From the NCBI RefSeq assembly GCF_008831285.2, contig NC_045138.2, forward strand, positions 38,254,001 through 38,318,000: DNA of 64,000 nucleotides, read 5' to 3'. Positions within the stretch are counted from its first letter, which is position 1. Every line of letters begins with the position of its first letter. The notes below the pieces were generated by a model that ran no database searches, was not told where the DNA came from, and saw nothing but the letters and a program-made list of their open reading frames with translations. The DNA comes from Nymphaea colorata. Taxonomy: Eukaryota. A program made the translations under genes and the position numbers. Positions 1 through 13,786 of this stretch are shown here, in pieces.

Positions 1-2275
1 TGAGGCTTAGTTGGTAGTCTGCTGTACGGTACAAGTCTTAGCCTGGCCGAAATAGTGAGGACAAATTGGTACCAGGGGTCCTCCCTGACCGCCAGTGCTG
101 AGACGAGGACGGACTTGTGCCGGATCAGGGGCATCTTTTGTACCAAATTGAACAGATTTGGTTTTCATTGTGAATTATATCTGATCAACTTCAAGGTAAG
201 ACCAACATAACTTATTTTCATATTCAGATATTTCATTGTGAATGATTCGAACGTGGAAAAAAACTGCCCTCCCTCCCTCTTTCTAAGTACCATCAAATCC
301 TTGGATTCTTTTCGCATTTCTGTAATGAAATGTCGATCAAGTTCAGAAATTCTAGTTCGGTTCAGCAAACAGTGGACTGTGGTGAAATTGTCCTTCTCAA
401 AGGAAAACTTGGACAGATTTCGAAGGTTAAAAACTGGCCAATTCAAGGACTTCTAGGCAAAGTCTTCTCTGTGAACAGTTTTCTACTGTCGGTGAAACTT
501 TCAGTATCCTCAGTTGGAGCACGTCAAAATATGCCACGCTTTAGACGCCTATATCGAAGACGGCGGTCATCAAACTTTGGATTGAACTTGATGGGAGGTA
601 GGGACCAGAATTAGGCATGAACTTTCGAGATATGCGGGAATTGCACGACTCCCATCTTCCTCACCTAACCTTCAAATTGTTTTCATTGCCAACTGTTGAG
701 ACTTCAAGAACGGCGACTGGGCGTGAAAACGAGATGCCATCTAAAACCTGAACATCCGAGCATAGAACAGACTTTCCAAGTCTGAGATGGCCGTCTGCCG
801 CAGTCTAAACTGACCGCCATCAATCTTCTCCTTGAAGAAGATCACAATCACCATTTCCTTTTTCACTCGCCATTAACCATTAAAACCGTAAACCTAACCT
901 CAGAAAACCGAATAGGCTATTAGGGGGTTGTCTTATTACCCTTCTTCTACATCCACACACCAAAATCGGGCCCTCATCCCACGATCTTAGATAAAATGAT
1001 TTTCAACGCAAAAGGTAAAATAAAGATCGACACCGTGTCGTCAAACTCCTTAATCTGATGAGCAATAGATCTTAAAACTCGTGAATCTAAACACCAGACA
1101 ATGAAACAGCCCCCTCGACTATATTGAAATGCGAGTTTCTCGTAAAAGCTTCCAAGAGGAACAACACTTACCGACATTTCATTTCTCAGGATAAGCTATG
1201 TAAACAGAATTATATGGTTATTTAGTAAAGCGGAATTACACTACTACCTGGTTGTGCCATTTCAACTTTATCAACGCAATAGACGACAACCGACTTGGAT
1301 AAACACCGACCTTTTAAAGCAAGGGAACAAAGACCTCACCTCCCTCATACACGTGTCTCATATTCGTCCATGCCTGAAGGGAAGGATATGAACCCTCACT
1401 AAATGTTAGAGGACCCCACTTTGTTTCCTGCCGACAGGAGACCTTGCGTATTCCATCTCGCCGTCTGTGCAGTTGGCAGGAAAAGCAAGCGAGGGAAACA
1501 ACAAATGACCGTGACCGAACCAACAAGAAAACGTAAGAGGATGGTGGAAGACGACGGCACACCCACCACCAAAGACCTTTATAACAATGATAATGAACAA
1601 ATAAACTTGGCGAAGAAGAGAGGCTAAAATCAATAATTGGAACTCACCCTTCTCCCTCTGGGGCCCAATATCAGAAACTTGTCGCCAAAGGAGAATGGTG
1701 TGCACCAATTTTTTATTTTCATCATTATGATTCTGCCATTTTTCAGCTGTGCCTTTTTTTCCTCCATCCTTACAAACACCTTTTCCCGTGCAAAAAAGGC
1801 CGCCAACCGACTGGAAGAAGCCTCTTCTTCTTCCTACCCCCAAGAAACAACCCAACAGCACAAGATAATTCCCAAAACCAAAAAACCCCCCCTTGTGCTA
1901 AATCCTAAGACAAAACATCACTCGTTTCACGCACCCACCCACCCCTCCCACACGTTAATAGAAGCTAAATCCTTAACTCCTACCCACCAGAATAACAGAA
2001 AGAGAATAATCAAGATGAAACGCATAGGACCCAAAAAAAGAAAAACAGAAAAAGAAGGACCAGATCACCGGGTACAAGCCCTCCCCGTCAAGAACTAGAT
2101 CCACGCAGACGAAGGCTCTGAATCTTGATATTTTTTTTTTCCCTTTTCTCCTTATGTTACACTTTGCCGCTAGAGAACATGATTCATCGAGACATATTTA
2201 CCCAGCCAGTGATGGAATGCTCCTCCAGCTGCTTCATATCAAAACCCACCTTCATTTCATTCAGCAACTTTCCAT

Positions 2276-5200
2276 TCAGACTTTTATTTCCGTATCAGAA
2301 GCCTGTCCGTCTTTGCTCCTCTTTGACGTAGCCGAAACCCTCGGTTGACCATCACCGGCAGCAATGGGCCTTGAATCACCTGGCTTTGCTGTCGCTGGTA
2401 CAACTTCATCTGGTTTTGGCTGAAGACAACATAAAAAGACGAGTTTGAGTCACTGTGTTGAATGTGATACACTGCAACATGGATTTACTATCTACATATA
2501 ATAAGACATTTATCAAAAAAAAAAAAAAAACTATACTACTAAATCCACATCCTTCGACGAGGCAAACAAAATTAAACTTCGTTGAAGTGAGAACCTGTGC
2601 TGGCTCCAAATGAGGAGTAGGTGGGCGAGTCCTCTTGTCCTGCATTGCCTTCTGCCGACTTTCATAAAAATCGAAGTCATCAAGTATGGACGTCTTTGCT
2701 GAATAGGTTTTGAAAAGTCCAAGCATTTCAATTCCTTGAGGATATTTCACCTGAGATTGTGGACACGCAACACAAAACAGGAACCATAAATTCTCCTACA
2801 CCGATCACAGCGATAAAAAAAAGGTCTAGAAGGAAACGAATGGCGTACCTCCTGAGTGTCCCTACTATTTGTCACAGGCTTGTTGTCATTATTTTCCAGT
2901 ATGATGTGCCGGAACTGTTGATTCGGCACATCTTTTATTATGTGCCACTTGACAGGGAAAAAACCATTCCATTTGTCTTGTTGCCAAAAGTCCATGTTTT
3001 TGTTAAAATTCACCCTCCCAATCATCTCAGCGACTCCACAAAATTGACCACTTGCATTCACCTGAAACAACAACAGTCCAAAGAAAATAACTAAGCGCTC
3101 CACTTTGAGTTAAATATCAAAATGACCTATTTAACGAAGACAAAGTATCTAATTAAGCAGAATAATACAACACAACCTAAGACACCTAAGAGCATGAAAA
3201 AAATTTAGTCAAACAACATATTTGCTGTCTCTGACCATAAGCAGGGAAATCCATGCCAATTTGGAAACAAAGGTTGGGAACAATATTTACTCCCAGAAAA
3301 AGCATAAAGTAGCAAAGCGGAGAAATAAATAAGTTCCAAATATCATCTGGCATTCATAGAAACATAAAATAACATAGATAGGCATACCGAGAAAAAAAGG
3401 AACACCGGACATTTGCTTCCTTTTTCTTCAGATCGACCCTGAGCTTCTTGGTATGCACTGTCAAGCCTCTTATTGCCATTTGGAGTACTTGCCCAAACAC
3501 TGTACTTGATGCTCTTATGAATATCATCCTCACTGTAGGATTTGATCACAAAAAACGATGCCTGCTCATACTTCACAGGAAAATCAGAGAGGTTATATTG
3601 GTCCCTCCTTATGACAACATTTAGATTATTGCTCTTGTTGCTATTGTCAGATCCCAAACATGCAACTGCATCTGCATCCGACACCCAAGAGTTCCTGCCG
3701 TTATTGGTTCTAGGCCCTCGGTTCTGTTCATTCAGCAGGTCAAAGTCACCAATCCCAGATGTTTTAATTCTCGTTTTGAGCTTTTCATTCCCACTCCAAC
3801 CTCGGTTACTAGATTTAAAACCCACAGGACCAGGTGGGTAGATCAGTCCTCCCTTAGTAGGGCTGGCATATGCTGGGAACTTGGCAATAGGCAAATATCC
3901 TTTAGGCAGAACCGCTGTAGGCTGAAAACCAGCTCCCTGCTGTGGTACCTGAAGAATCAAAGAAAGTGAGAAAGAGAGAGAGGGGGGTTTGACATAGAAA
4001 TGACACTGAAATAGAACCGTACCTTGTTTCCAGGCTTTAAAGGTTGATTATGAACACCACCCACAGTTATGCTTCCTTGGCTGGGCGGCAGATCCAATGA
4101 CGGTGGTGAGGCTTTAGCCTCTAATGCTGTACTTGACTTCACAGACTGCGTGGGTTTCCCATGAGAAGAGACGGAAGATGCATTTGGGGCAGAAAGAGTG
4201 GGCTTTGGACCGGGAGGCACTGGACCTCCACTGATGCCATTTATTTGTGACCCGTCAAGAAAGAAAGGAGATGGATCCCAGGAATAAGCTGGCACAACTT
4301 CAGACCCATACGGGACTGGAGGCGGAAGGTACCCAGGAGAAGCAAGTTGAGGATACATGTGGCTTGAGAAATACGGCTGTTGGCCTAAAAATTGGCCATC
4401 AACACCAATCACAGGTGCTGGCATGTACGGACTTAATGGAGGTTGGCCACATCCATATCCTGGGATATAGTAAAGAACTGACCCATTTTCCGCTTGAACA
4501 CCCTGAAGAAGAAAATATTTCGTTAAAGAATTTAATAGAGGGGAAAATATATTAAAAAAATGTTAACATAAAACAGTTTGTACATCTCGCAATACAATTA
4601 CAGAGACACCATTAGCAAATGTGTAAAAACCAAATGATCTAAGGGTCCAGGATATCAACACATAATGTACAGTAACGCCAGGGAACAAATATTCATGAGG
4701 AAGATATGCGTGTAAAATATGTAGCACTGCCAGGCAATGAACAACCAGCTAGGCTGTCAACAATAGGGTCGGCCATTTGCATGTCATGCAACAAGTAGGC
4801 ATGTACTTCGCCTTGCAACAAGTAGAATGCCTCCAGCATCGGCTGCCAGAAGCTTCAGTTAAGAGAACAAATCTCTGGCAATAGGTGACCAAGGGTGATG
4901 ATGACTGCATCAATATAGGTATTGGGCCAAAGCCTAAGAAATTGGTAAGCATTTTTTTCCCACTCATTTTTACAAATAATCAAGAAAAAGTGGCACGGTC
5001 AGCAACTTAAGACAGCCACTTAAAAATAGTTTTCCAACAATAAGCAAACAAGGCTTCAAAAACGAGAAGAAACCAACTTCAGCATTTGATCAAACTGCCA
5101 ACAAACAAGCCAAGAAAATCATCATATTTGCAGAAACTAAAGAGAAATAAATGGAGCATTTAAGTCTGCATATCTAATAATGGATACCGAAGACATATTG

Positions 5201-6491
5201 ACTTACAGGATATTGAAATTCAACTCCATCACCACCAAGAATATAGGCTTGATCATCCCACTCCCCAAAGGAGGAGCCATCAAATCCTGTAATTTTTATC
5301 AAAAACATTCTAATTGTAGCCATAACAGAAAATCCAAGTGGAACGATAAACCTCCAAATCTTCATTTTACTTACCTGGGTAATAATATCCATAGTAATTG
5401 CTTGCAGGATAGTACATGCACTGTTCAGTACTTACAGATTCCTGATCGACATCACTACCCTTGATGCTGCTAGTAGCATCTCCAGATGAGGATAGACAAG
5501 AGATTGCATCACACTGACTTCCATTCTTGGCAGCACCCTGCGAGATGATGGACCACCATGAATAACAAGCGGAAAAACAATTTGGATAAGTGAAAGCAAA
5601 GCTAGTTGTAAAAATTAAAATATCAAAAACAAAGTATGCATACCATTTTGGAATCAGCAACTTTAGAAGTATCAATCTTCAAATTTTGGAACCTTTCATC
5701 CAAAGCTGTAGAATAAGTTAAGGATCCCATGATGAAGGAACCATTAGATGTCAGGTTACCTTACTATACAAGAGAATATCACACAGGAAAACTGTAACGA
5801 CAAAACTAACGTCTTTACATCAAGAAATCCTTAAAGTGCCAATAGTGAGAAAGGTTGGAAACCCTATTACAGCACCTAAAAAGGGTGTCACAGTCGAAAA
5901 AGCATTAAAGCATTGAAATCAACCGTAGCACCCCAACCACAGCCAAGCATCAAACTTCACAGATGATGTGAACGAGGGAACTAAAGACAACAAAAACGCA
6001 ATAAATTGAGCTCCACAACTCCAGACGATGTAATGTAGAACACTGATAAGTGATAAACAAATAACAACCCACGCAAGTTTGCAGCAGGTAATAAACCAAT
6101 AACCCATCAACCTAAACCCCGAGCAAGTTTAATTGCTCAATCACGAACTTGAAATAAGAAAATTTTGGAGACTGACATCGTCTATGGAAAATCTCAAATG
6201 CCAACCCCGTTACAGATAGGTCGTCATACAACCTCTTTAAAGAAAGAAGTAGCTAAACAGCAACAAGCAGGAAAATTAAACAGAGAATACAGCAATGACC
6301 AAAACGTATACCGGACCAAATTCTACAAAATAGGACAATGATCAACCTAAATGGTCCAAAACAGAACACTGTAAGAACCGTAAAAATAATAGAGGAAATT
6401 GAACGAATCAATTGGGCAAGTACTAGAAACAAGCCATTCATATCCATTTAAAAGAAAGGATACTTTTATCAGCTTGCACTTCTGTCGCCAT
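2276..6491 (-). CDS. YTH-domain m6A reader protein, ECT/YTHDF family (~628 aa, 9 coding exons)
   Basis: Exons built by hand with GT-AG borders and consistent phase: 6491-6464, 5705-5644, 5537-5375, 5286-5207, 4502-4023, 3948-3388, 3061-2849, 2750-2595, 2419-2276 (1887 bp). The C-terminal YTH domain is clear: [32 protein letters not shown]...[18 protein letters not shown]...[16 protein letters not shown]...[13 protein letters not shown]...[11 protein letters not shown]. The N-terminal region is Y/P/G-rich and low-complexity, as in ECT proteins. The last-exon acceptor is the least certain call (alternative at 2471). Confidence 0.95.
5706..6463 (-). other. U12-type (minor spliceosome) GT-AG intron in the YTH/ECT gene
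   Basis: On the - strand the 5' splice site reads GTATCCTTTC (U12 consensus RTATCCTTT). The 3' end reads ...GATCCTTAACTTATTCTACAG, i.e. a perfect TCCTTAAC branch site ~11 nt before the intron end. Splicing gives the in-frame junction [21 protein letters not shown]. Confidence 0.85.
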
Positions 6492-7840
6492 TAAGTCACA
6501 CCAAAGATCCCCACAGAAAAAGCCTTTATTTCCACCCTCCAGTTCTACTAGATCGCTGCCACCAACAAAGAAAACCAAAAAATAGAGGTAAGAAACGCCA
6601 AAAACAATTCAACCTTAAAAGGAAGAACCAATCCTTTGGCAACTCCAATAAAAGAGCGAAGAATGAGCAAGCTAGAAGCATAAACAGACAGGAAAGAGAA
6701 AACACATAAGAATTAACAAGTCACTAGACTCAGAAAATTTACACTCAGAAACTGAAAAACACAGACTCTGTTAAAAAAGAGGGAAAAAAAAGTAGCTTCC
6801 CTTAGACGAAGGAAAAGAGAGAAAAGAACACAAACTTGTTTGGAGACCACATCCTAATCAAAACTACTAATCCGCAAAAAAAATATTGAGAAATCCCGGT
6901 GTCTAAAACGAAACCTATGCCAATTCATCGGCCTGAAATAAAACCAACAAAAGCGTCTAATTCTGACGATGATGAAAATGGTGGTAATGATGCCGACAAC
7001 GGCGATGAGGGGACTTCAAATTGATGGGAAAAAACAGAAGCTACAATCAATTGAATGGGGAAAAAAAGGCAACAAACACTGTTAACATGCAAAACAGCTA
7101 GAGTCAAATAGGAGACCACAAAGAATCACAAGGCATCAACGGAGGGATCAAAAACCAGCAGAACCAAACCCAAAACAACCTTAGGAAAACAAAAACGCTC
7201 TAGATCCAACTTGAGGGAGAAAAAAAAGAACAGCAACAACGAAAACAAGATGCAACCTGCCTCAAAACATTAATAAGTTTTAAAAAATAAAAAAGAAAAA
7301 AGAAATATACGAATATTAAAAAACCTAGATCAGAATATTTCTCCAAAAAAAATAAAAATTACAAGCAAAAAATGACTTAAAATCCCTAACGGGAACGTGA
7401 ACAAAAAAAAATGATTAACGAACGAAAAGAAAGCAGAAATCAATAGAACCGCCAATCGGATCTCAACAACACAAGGACAGTACGGAAAAGACGGTTTTTT
7501 TCCAAACTCAGAGCGACATAAAATTTCTTCAGTTCCGAGCATTCAGAAAGCGGCTTGTGGAAGAAATCCCCAAATAAACCCCTTCTAAGAAACAAAACAT
7601 CCACAAACGAAACAAAACCCCTCTAGATCCTGAACAAAAACCTCAACGGGACCCAAAACCCTTCCACATGCCACCCGAAAATCGCTCACAAAACCACCTC
7701 GAACCGAATCCACCCAATCAGATCAAGCGTCACCCCAACGGGAACAGAGAAAGCCCAAGAGGAACGAAAAACCCTGACGCACAACTGAAAACAGCCCTTC
7801 TTCCCAAGAGGAACTAGTAAGCAGACAAACCCGCTTGTAC

Positions 7841-8200
7841 CTACAAAAACCCGCCTTTCTAGCAGGGAAACCACCACCGAACCGGCCGAATATCGCCCTT
7901 CTGGACCGATCCGCTTCCTCCTCCCGCGAGATTCGAGCCGAAACCGCTTCCCTGCGGACCAAATCCGGCCACCTTCGGCCGAAACCGCTTTTATCTACCG
8001 AAAAGCGGGAAACGAAACCAGGCGTAGAGAGGGTCGAAAGAAAACCACCCAAAGAAGGAAAAAAAAGAGAGAGATGGAGAGACGCGAGAAGGGAAAAAGG
8101 GGAGAGAGAAAGAAAGAGAGAGAGAGAGAGAGAGACGGCACCTCGAGGGACTAAGAAGCCGAGGCGAGAAAGGAACGATAGGCATGCTTCCACGTCAGCT
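7841..8200 (-). promoter_or_regulatory. Probable promoter and non-coding first exon of the YTH/ECT gene
   Basis: GC-rich stretch with a (CT)n tract on the - strand (~8100-8135), typical of plant 5'UTRs. Candidate donor GTAG|GTACAA at ~7840 and candidate acceptor at ~6556 just upstream of the ATG. ACGT-core motif CCACGTCA near 8190. Confidence 0.45.
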
Positions 8201-10906
8201 TCACTGTCCCATCGGACGGTCTCAAACCCTCCGAGAGGCGTGTAAATCATTTTCAGCCGTCGGATCAACGCGAGAAAAGGAATCCATTAGAACCGCATTC
8301 CCCCCTGTAAGAACCCCAATAAATGCGGCCCTTTTTTAAATTCAAACAGGCCTTCACTTTTATGCCTAAAATACCCCCACTGGCCCCACCCAATATATTG
8401 AGGGGCGTCGTTGACTATCAGCGTGGACGAGATTGAGCCTTCCCGGTCTTGCCTTTGACAAACCCAATCTTCGAGAAAAGACCCGTATCCATAGCTCGTA
8501 GAAATTGAGTTGGATCCGGATCCCATGTCCGAATTTCCAATCATCAGAGGTCCCACGCCTTCAGTGATGTTGAATATTCTAGTTTACTTATTCATTTACC
8601 CGAACCAATTCCCCCCACAGTTGGTGGCAACAAACGGGAAGAAATAATCAATTCTGGACACTTTTCCATTCGGACCCGACCCGTTGACCCCTAGATGTCA
8701 TTTATGTTAAACAATGACGAAATTGGGTATCCTCGGGGGCTGAGTGAGCTGGGAATCTGCGTGTTGGGGCATCCAAATTGCGGAATCCACTTTTGGGCTT
8801 CGAAGAAAGGGAGCTTTTCGGCACTCTTGTAAGTACAGTTTTGTTATTAGAGACAAACTTTGGGGGCTTCACCGTCCACTTGTTTATAAAATTTTTGATT
8901 TTGTTTCTGAAGGGAACATTTTATAGAAATAATCGAGAGGCTAAATTCGACCACAAAAAAAGTCTCCATATTTGATTGGCAAATATGTCCTTATATGGCT
9001 GTTGCATGGACAATTTTCAACGCCATAATTGTGGATATTTATGGGCAAGATCGGTCCTCTGGTGAATTCAACGATACACATAGATTTTGCATTCCAGAAA
9101 CTTCATATTGCACATTAAAATAATTTTAATGCATATTGAACATTGTAAAGATTTGAAAGTTAATCGGATTTTAAACTTTGTCTAAAAACATCAAAAAAAA
9201 GTTATGAGTTGCATATTTGACTTCTTTATATTTTCAGTGTATATTTCCAACACATACTATACACGGTGAACAGGTTGGTAACAGTAAAATGTGAAAAAAC
9301 ACCAAGCCCGTTCTGTAATTTGGCTCACATTTTTGGGTTCCATATATTATAAAAAATTGGTGTTGGGTACAACAAATTGCTTAAAATTCCCTGCCGGCAA
9401 CAGACAAAAAACATTTGATCGACATATCATGTAACGTGTTCTTCGAGTTCAATACAATTCTCCATCAAAATTATGACTACGCAATCAAGACTTTATTGTT
9501 GATGTTGAGGATAGATTGGCCCATCTGGCAAGGTTCCCGACCCGCTTTCTTCAATTTATGGGAGTTTACTGGTTGTTCTAGGAAAATAAGAATACTGAAA
9601 TGAAAAAAATATATAATTGAAGACAGTGAGGACTTTGTCACGCTCCGTAAAGTTAAGGGTACGTACGTCTATTGCCTCGCAAGGAAAGGATAGACGCTAA
9701 TAATTTATGCAATTGACAAAGTGGTCCCTTACTTTTTATTACTGTTTTTATATTATTTTTTTCAATTGTGGGTGAGTCGAGAGCACTAAGCCTTGTAAAG
9801 ACAAGACCGCGCAATAAACAACATAATAACGGCGCTTGATCCACCACCACCTGCTTAATCTTAATGGCATAAATTTGGCGGCTTTTCAAAATTTAACGAC
9901 AATTAGTGGACTGGCTCCGCAAATGTCTGTTGATCTTTTCCGCTAGAGGACAAACGCGTCATTTTGACAAATAATTTTCTCTTTTTTATTTTTTTATTTT
10001 TTAGAGGACAGTGTGGGAAGAAGGCTGTTGCTTGCATGAGAAGGCTGGCGTCGAGTCAAACCCGCCACAAGAGCCTTCGCGAGACCGAAGACTCGCCACG
10101 TCAGACGTCGGAGGACTTGATCTGTCCTCTTCCGACGTGGCAACTTCTACGTCGTTCAAAGGTTTGAGGGTGAGCCGTGGCGACAAGTCAGAGTTGTGGG
10201 CCCCAGCCCACTAGATAAGTGGGTCCCTGTTCCGAGTTGGGGCTCGGATCCGAAACAAGGTCCGAACTCACATCAGATTTTGATCCAGATCTCAAATTCT
10301 ATAATTTTATGTGCTTATTTGGATTACCAGCCAACCTTACTTAAATATTAACTTGAGGATTCGATCAAATGTCAATGTAAACGAGAAGGAATTGGGCAGG
10401 ATTTTGGAAATTAAAAGCTCTCGTTATGGGTTGGACCAATATCTAAACGCAAAAAACAAATACTCTTCGTGGGCCCAAGTAACATTATATAATAAACTAT
10501 ATGTTTTATTTAAATAAAAATATTGAAGGACGGTTGGGAAAGGTGCTGAAAAGTCGTTCCCAAACCCGAATCCCATCCCTGAACCAGGTGCCCATTTCTT
10601 TTAAGAGAATCAGATTTAAAAAGTTTTCAGATTCGATCTGGTGCGATCCAAATCCAAAAGTTGTGAGCTTCCGTAGCAAAATCCCTGATCGTGTGTGAAG
10701 AATAGGGAAAACTAAAAAGCGAGATGGAACCTAACAGTGAATGACCGTTGCCTGCAAATCTTTAGCGTAAGGATGACGTGCTAAAAAATAATAATTTTTA
10801 CGACAATTATTGTTTTAAAATTTTGTTTATTCAGTTTTATATGTATCAATTCTCAACCCGACCCGGCTCAATTGGATCTTGATAATCAATTTATTAAATT
10901 TATGAT

Positions 10907-11364
10907 TGTAACACCCCAGAAGTTTAGTCCCGTATCGAAGATTGTGAGGAATCTTCAAGGACTTATAATGGGAGGCTATTAATGAGATGATTGTCCTGGT
11001 TCCTACCCTTTTTAGGATTGGAACCGAAACTGCTAGGGGACGGGTTGGGATCCGTCGAACCAGGGGCCCGAGCCCGAGAGTGGGTCGGGTTGTTATAGTG
11101 GTATCAGAGCAGTTTCAACACTCGGACATGGGGTGCCACACGCGTCCGCGCGTGTGCTTTAAGGGGGGTGGATTGTAACACCTCAGAAGTTTAGTCCCGT
11201 ATCGAAGATTGTGAGGAATCTTCAAGGGCTTATAATGGGATGCTATTAATGAGATGATTGTCCTGGTTCCTAGCCTTTTTAGGATTGGAACCGAAACTGC
11301 TAGGGGACGGGTTGGGATCCGTCGAATCAGGAGCCCGAGCTCGGGAGTGGGTCGGGTTGTTATA
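10907..11364 (+). mobile_element. TRIM (terminal-repeat retrotransposon in miniature), complete, 458 bp
   Basis: Two 191-bp direct repeats (10907-11097, 11174-11364) starting TGTAAC and ending GTTATA, with ~8 mismatches by eye. Primer-binding site TGGTATCAGAGC (tRNA-iMet type) at 11099-11110. Polypurine tract AAGGGGGGTGGA directly before the 3' LTR. Perfect 5-bp TSD ATGAT at 10902-10906 and 11365-11369. Confidence 0.95.
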
Positions 11365-12744
11365 ATGATAGGTTTGGTTTAACAAACTGACCATGTAATC
11401 CAATACTTTGATCTAATATCTAATCGAAGATATACTAAACAATATCAATATCAATACAAACAACATTAACTTAAAATAACAATTACGAGTTCATCTATAA
11501 ACACACTAACATGACAAGAGAAACAAAAATCAAATATAAATAGGCAAATAGAAAAAATTGAATGGTAATTATGAATATCCAAAGTCACCTAGTTTATTCA
11601 CGAGGGTTGTTTGATTATGATAGACTGGTGAACATTTTCATCATCAAATATTAGTTCACACATTTTTTTTTTTCTCAACTATCCATCCCGTTGCACTGCA
11701 TCTGATAGCCATCAAAGTAAACATGATGGCAATGGCGGCACTGGATAAGTAGAGTCATAATTCACTTACTCGTATGTATTCTATATTAAAAGCATGAGTA
11801 CTTTTACATATCCTTTTATTACCCAATCAGCAGCAGTACAAATAAAAAATTATACTGTCTACAGCACAACCAACAACAAACGTTATCAAGCACATGGCCT
11901 CTAATATTTTTTTTTAATTTGTGATATTAGAAGAATCAAATTTTCTTTAATAAAAATAACTTGAACTATAAGTCTAAAACATGCTTTGGTTGCATGTTTA
12001 GAGGCCATAGCATCCTCGCAACCAGAAAATCCATGTATATATAATATACATATGTATATATATTCATGTGACGTTTTTATTTTGTTATGGAAATTGCTAT
12101 TAATCATACTTAACATTTATGTACAATTTAAAATTTTAAATTGTTCGAGAACCCAGTGGTTGAAGCAGGGGCCATGGCCTCCCCTCAAGTTTTAAAAATT
12201 TAAATCTTACTGATCAAAATTTTAAAAAATTATAGTTCGACCATTGTAGATTTTAGTTTCTTAAATAATTGCATATGATCAGCAAATTAAAATGTCAGGC
12301 GGCAGGTGGGCAATCTTATAGTAAACATTATAATGGGGAAAATCAATTCGTATCAGCCTACGAGCCAGCCTAGAGCTAACCCACCAAAGTGTGGGTTAGG
12401 CCTAGGCGTGAACCTAGTCCGCCCTTAAAGTAAGAGGTCACACTCAACCCAAATGAGATGGGTTAAAACAATATTTTGGATTTGGGAAGTGATTGATAGT
12501 TAGGGGTTACTTTTCGAGTGAGCGATAAGTTAACATTAAGTACGGGGAAGAGAAACGTTAAGCCTGGGCCCGGCCCGGCCTAGCTCGATAAGAAGTGGGC
12601 TCGAGCCCAGTCCGACACTCAAAATGTGGGCTCAGCCCAATCATTAAAACTCAAGTTCGAGCTTGGGCCCAGGCTGACCCGATAAATTATCGGGTCAATC
12701 CAGTGTCCTTTTTTTGGGCTCGAGTCAGGTTGGGTACCGAGTAC

Positions 12745-12793
12745 CCACCGGTGGTCCGACCTCGTGACCACCGGTGGTCCGACCTCGTGACCA
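12745..12793. repeat. 23-bp perfect tandem duplication
   Basis: CCACCGGTGGTCCGACCTCGTGA x2 (+CCA), at the end of a GC-rich GGGCC/CCCGA-motif tract (~12350-12740) resembling DNA-transposon subterminal sequence. Confidence 0.85.
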
Positions 12794-13786
12794 GGGTTAC
12801 TTAACTTTCTAAAAAAAATAGCACTTATGAGTATGAGAATCAAATTATAGATGTGCCTTGTATAAATGATTTACCCAACTAGTTACGACACTCCCTTTTA
12901 AGGGGTTGCTTTCACTATTCCATATCCCAAATAAATTTTCTTATTTTAAGCACATAAAGGTAAGCACATATATGGACAATCATTTACTGAGATACAGCCA
13001 CACAACCACGTTCCTCATCTTACTTCTGTCTCTTCTTAGTTTCTTGGTTCCGTTCTTGGTTCCGTAACCTGTTTCTCTTCTCATTGAAAACGATCATATC
13101 CTATTTCAATATAAAAGCGCCCTTAAACCAACTTTATTAACTTCCATACGACTCTCTTTCTCCAACTTTCTATTTTTCTTTACTAAGTCCATCAGAATTT
13201 TCTCTTCTTGACAAGTTTATTGATCATTAATACCATCATATGACGAGCGAAATCTGCGACAACCAACCATGATATGATATGACAGATATTTGTTTAAAAC
13301 TTTAAAGGTGATCTCTCATTTTTCGTAAATATATATCATAATCTAAATTATATATATTTATATGTACATCTAATCTGTACCGTCTACAAACCTTACTTCA
13401 TTTTTTTTTTCTCTCATGTTCTCTTTCCTCCACAGAGGAGCTTGCCTGGCCATCACCAACTGGTCTGCCGGCGGCGACAGCATGGGAGGAGCCGCCGAGG
13501 CACCTCCATTCCTCTACCTATCATGGGTGAAGGGAAAGTAGAGGTAAGGAGAGTCTCGACTGCAGTTGTCAGCAGGATAGATGCTGCCAAAATAGGCAAG
13601 TTCTTTACATCTACCCATCATGGGTAGGAGCATCGACGGCTCCCCTGTCGTCTCTGAACAGGCTGACGCACGGTGTCACCCCGATGTTGATGGTGGGCCT
13701 GCAGGCGACGGTAGGGAAGCGTCGCCGGAGGGGAAGAGGGATCAGCGCCGGACGGGAAGAGGGATGAGAAGGAGAGGGAGAGAAAG

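Noticed and set aside
150..860. Coding-like sequence on the - strand at the window start
   Set aside because: All frames I read are interrupted by stops and I recognise no family. It may be a decayed gene or TE; BLASTX would be needed.
1406..2098. ORFs of ~150 aa on both strands downstream of the YTH gene
   Set aside because: Compositionally biased with no motifs; most likely 3'UTR or intergenic sequence.
7723..8268. ORFs of 136-181 aa over the GA/CT-rich region
   Set aside because: Low-complexity translation of the probable promoter/5'UTR of the YTH gene.
10907..11364. Cassandra-type TRIM carrying 5S rRNA sequence
   Set aside because: No 5S rRNA box A/C-like sequence recognisable in the LTRs.
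11894..12008. 11-bp inverted repeat ATGGCCTCTAA...TTAGAGGCCAT, possible tiny MITE
   Set aside because: Short, no convincing TSD and no second copy in the window.
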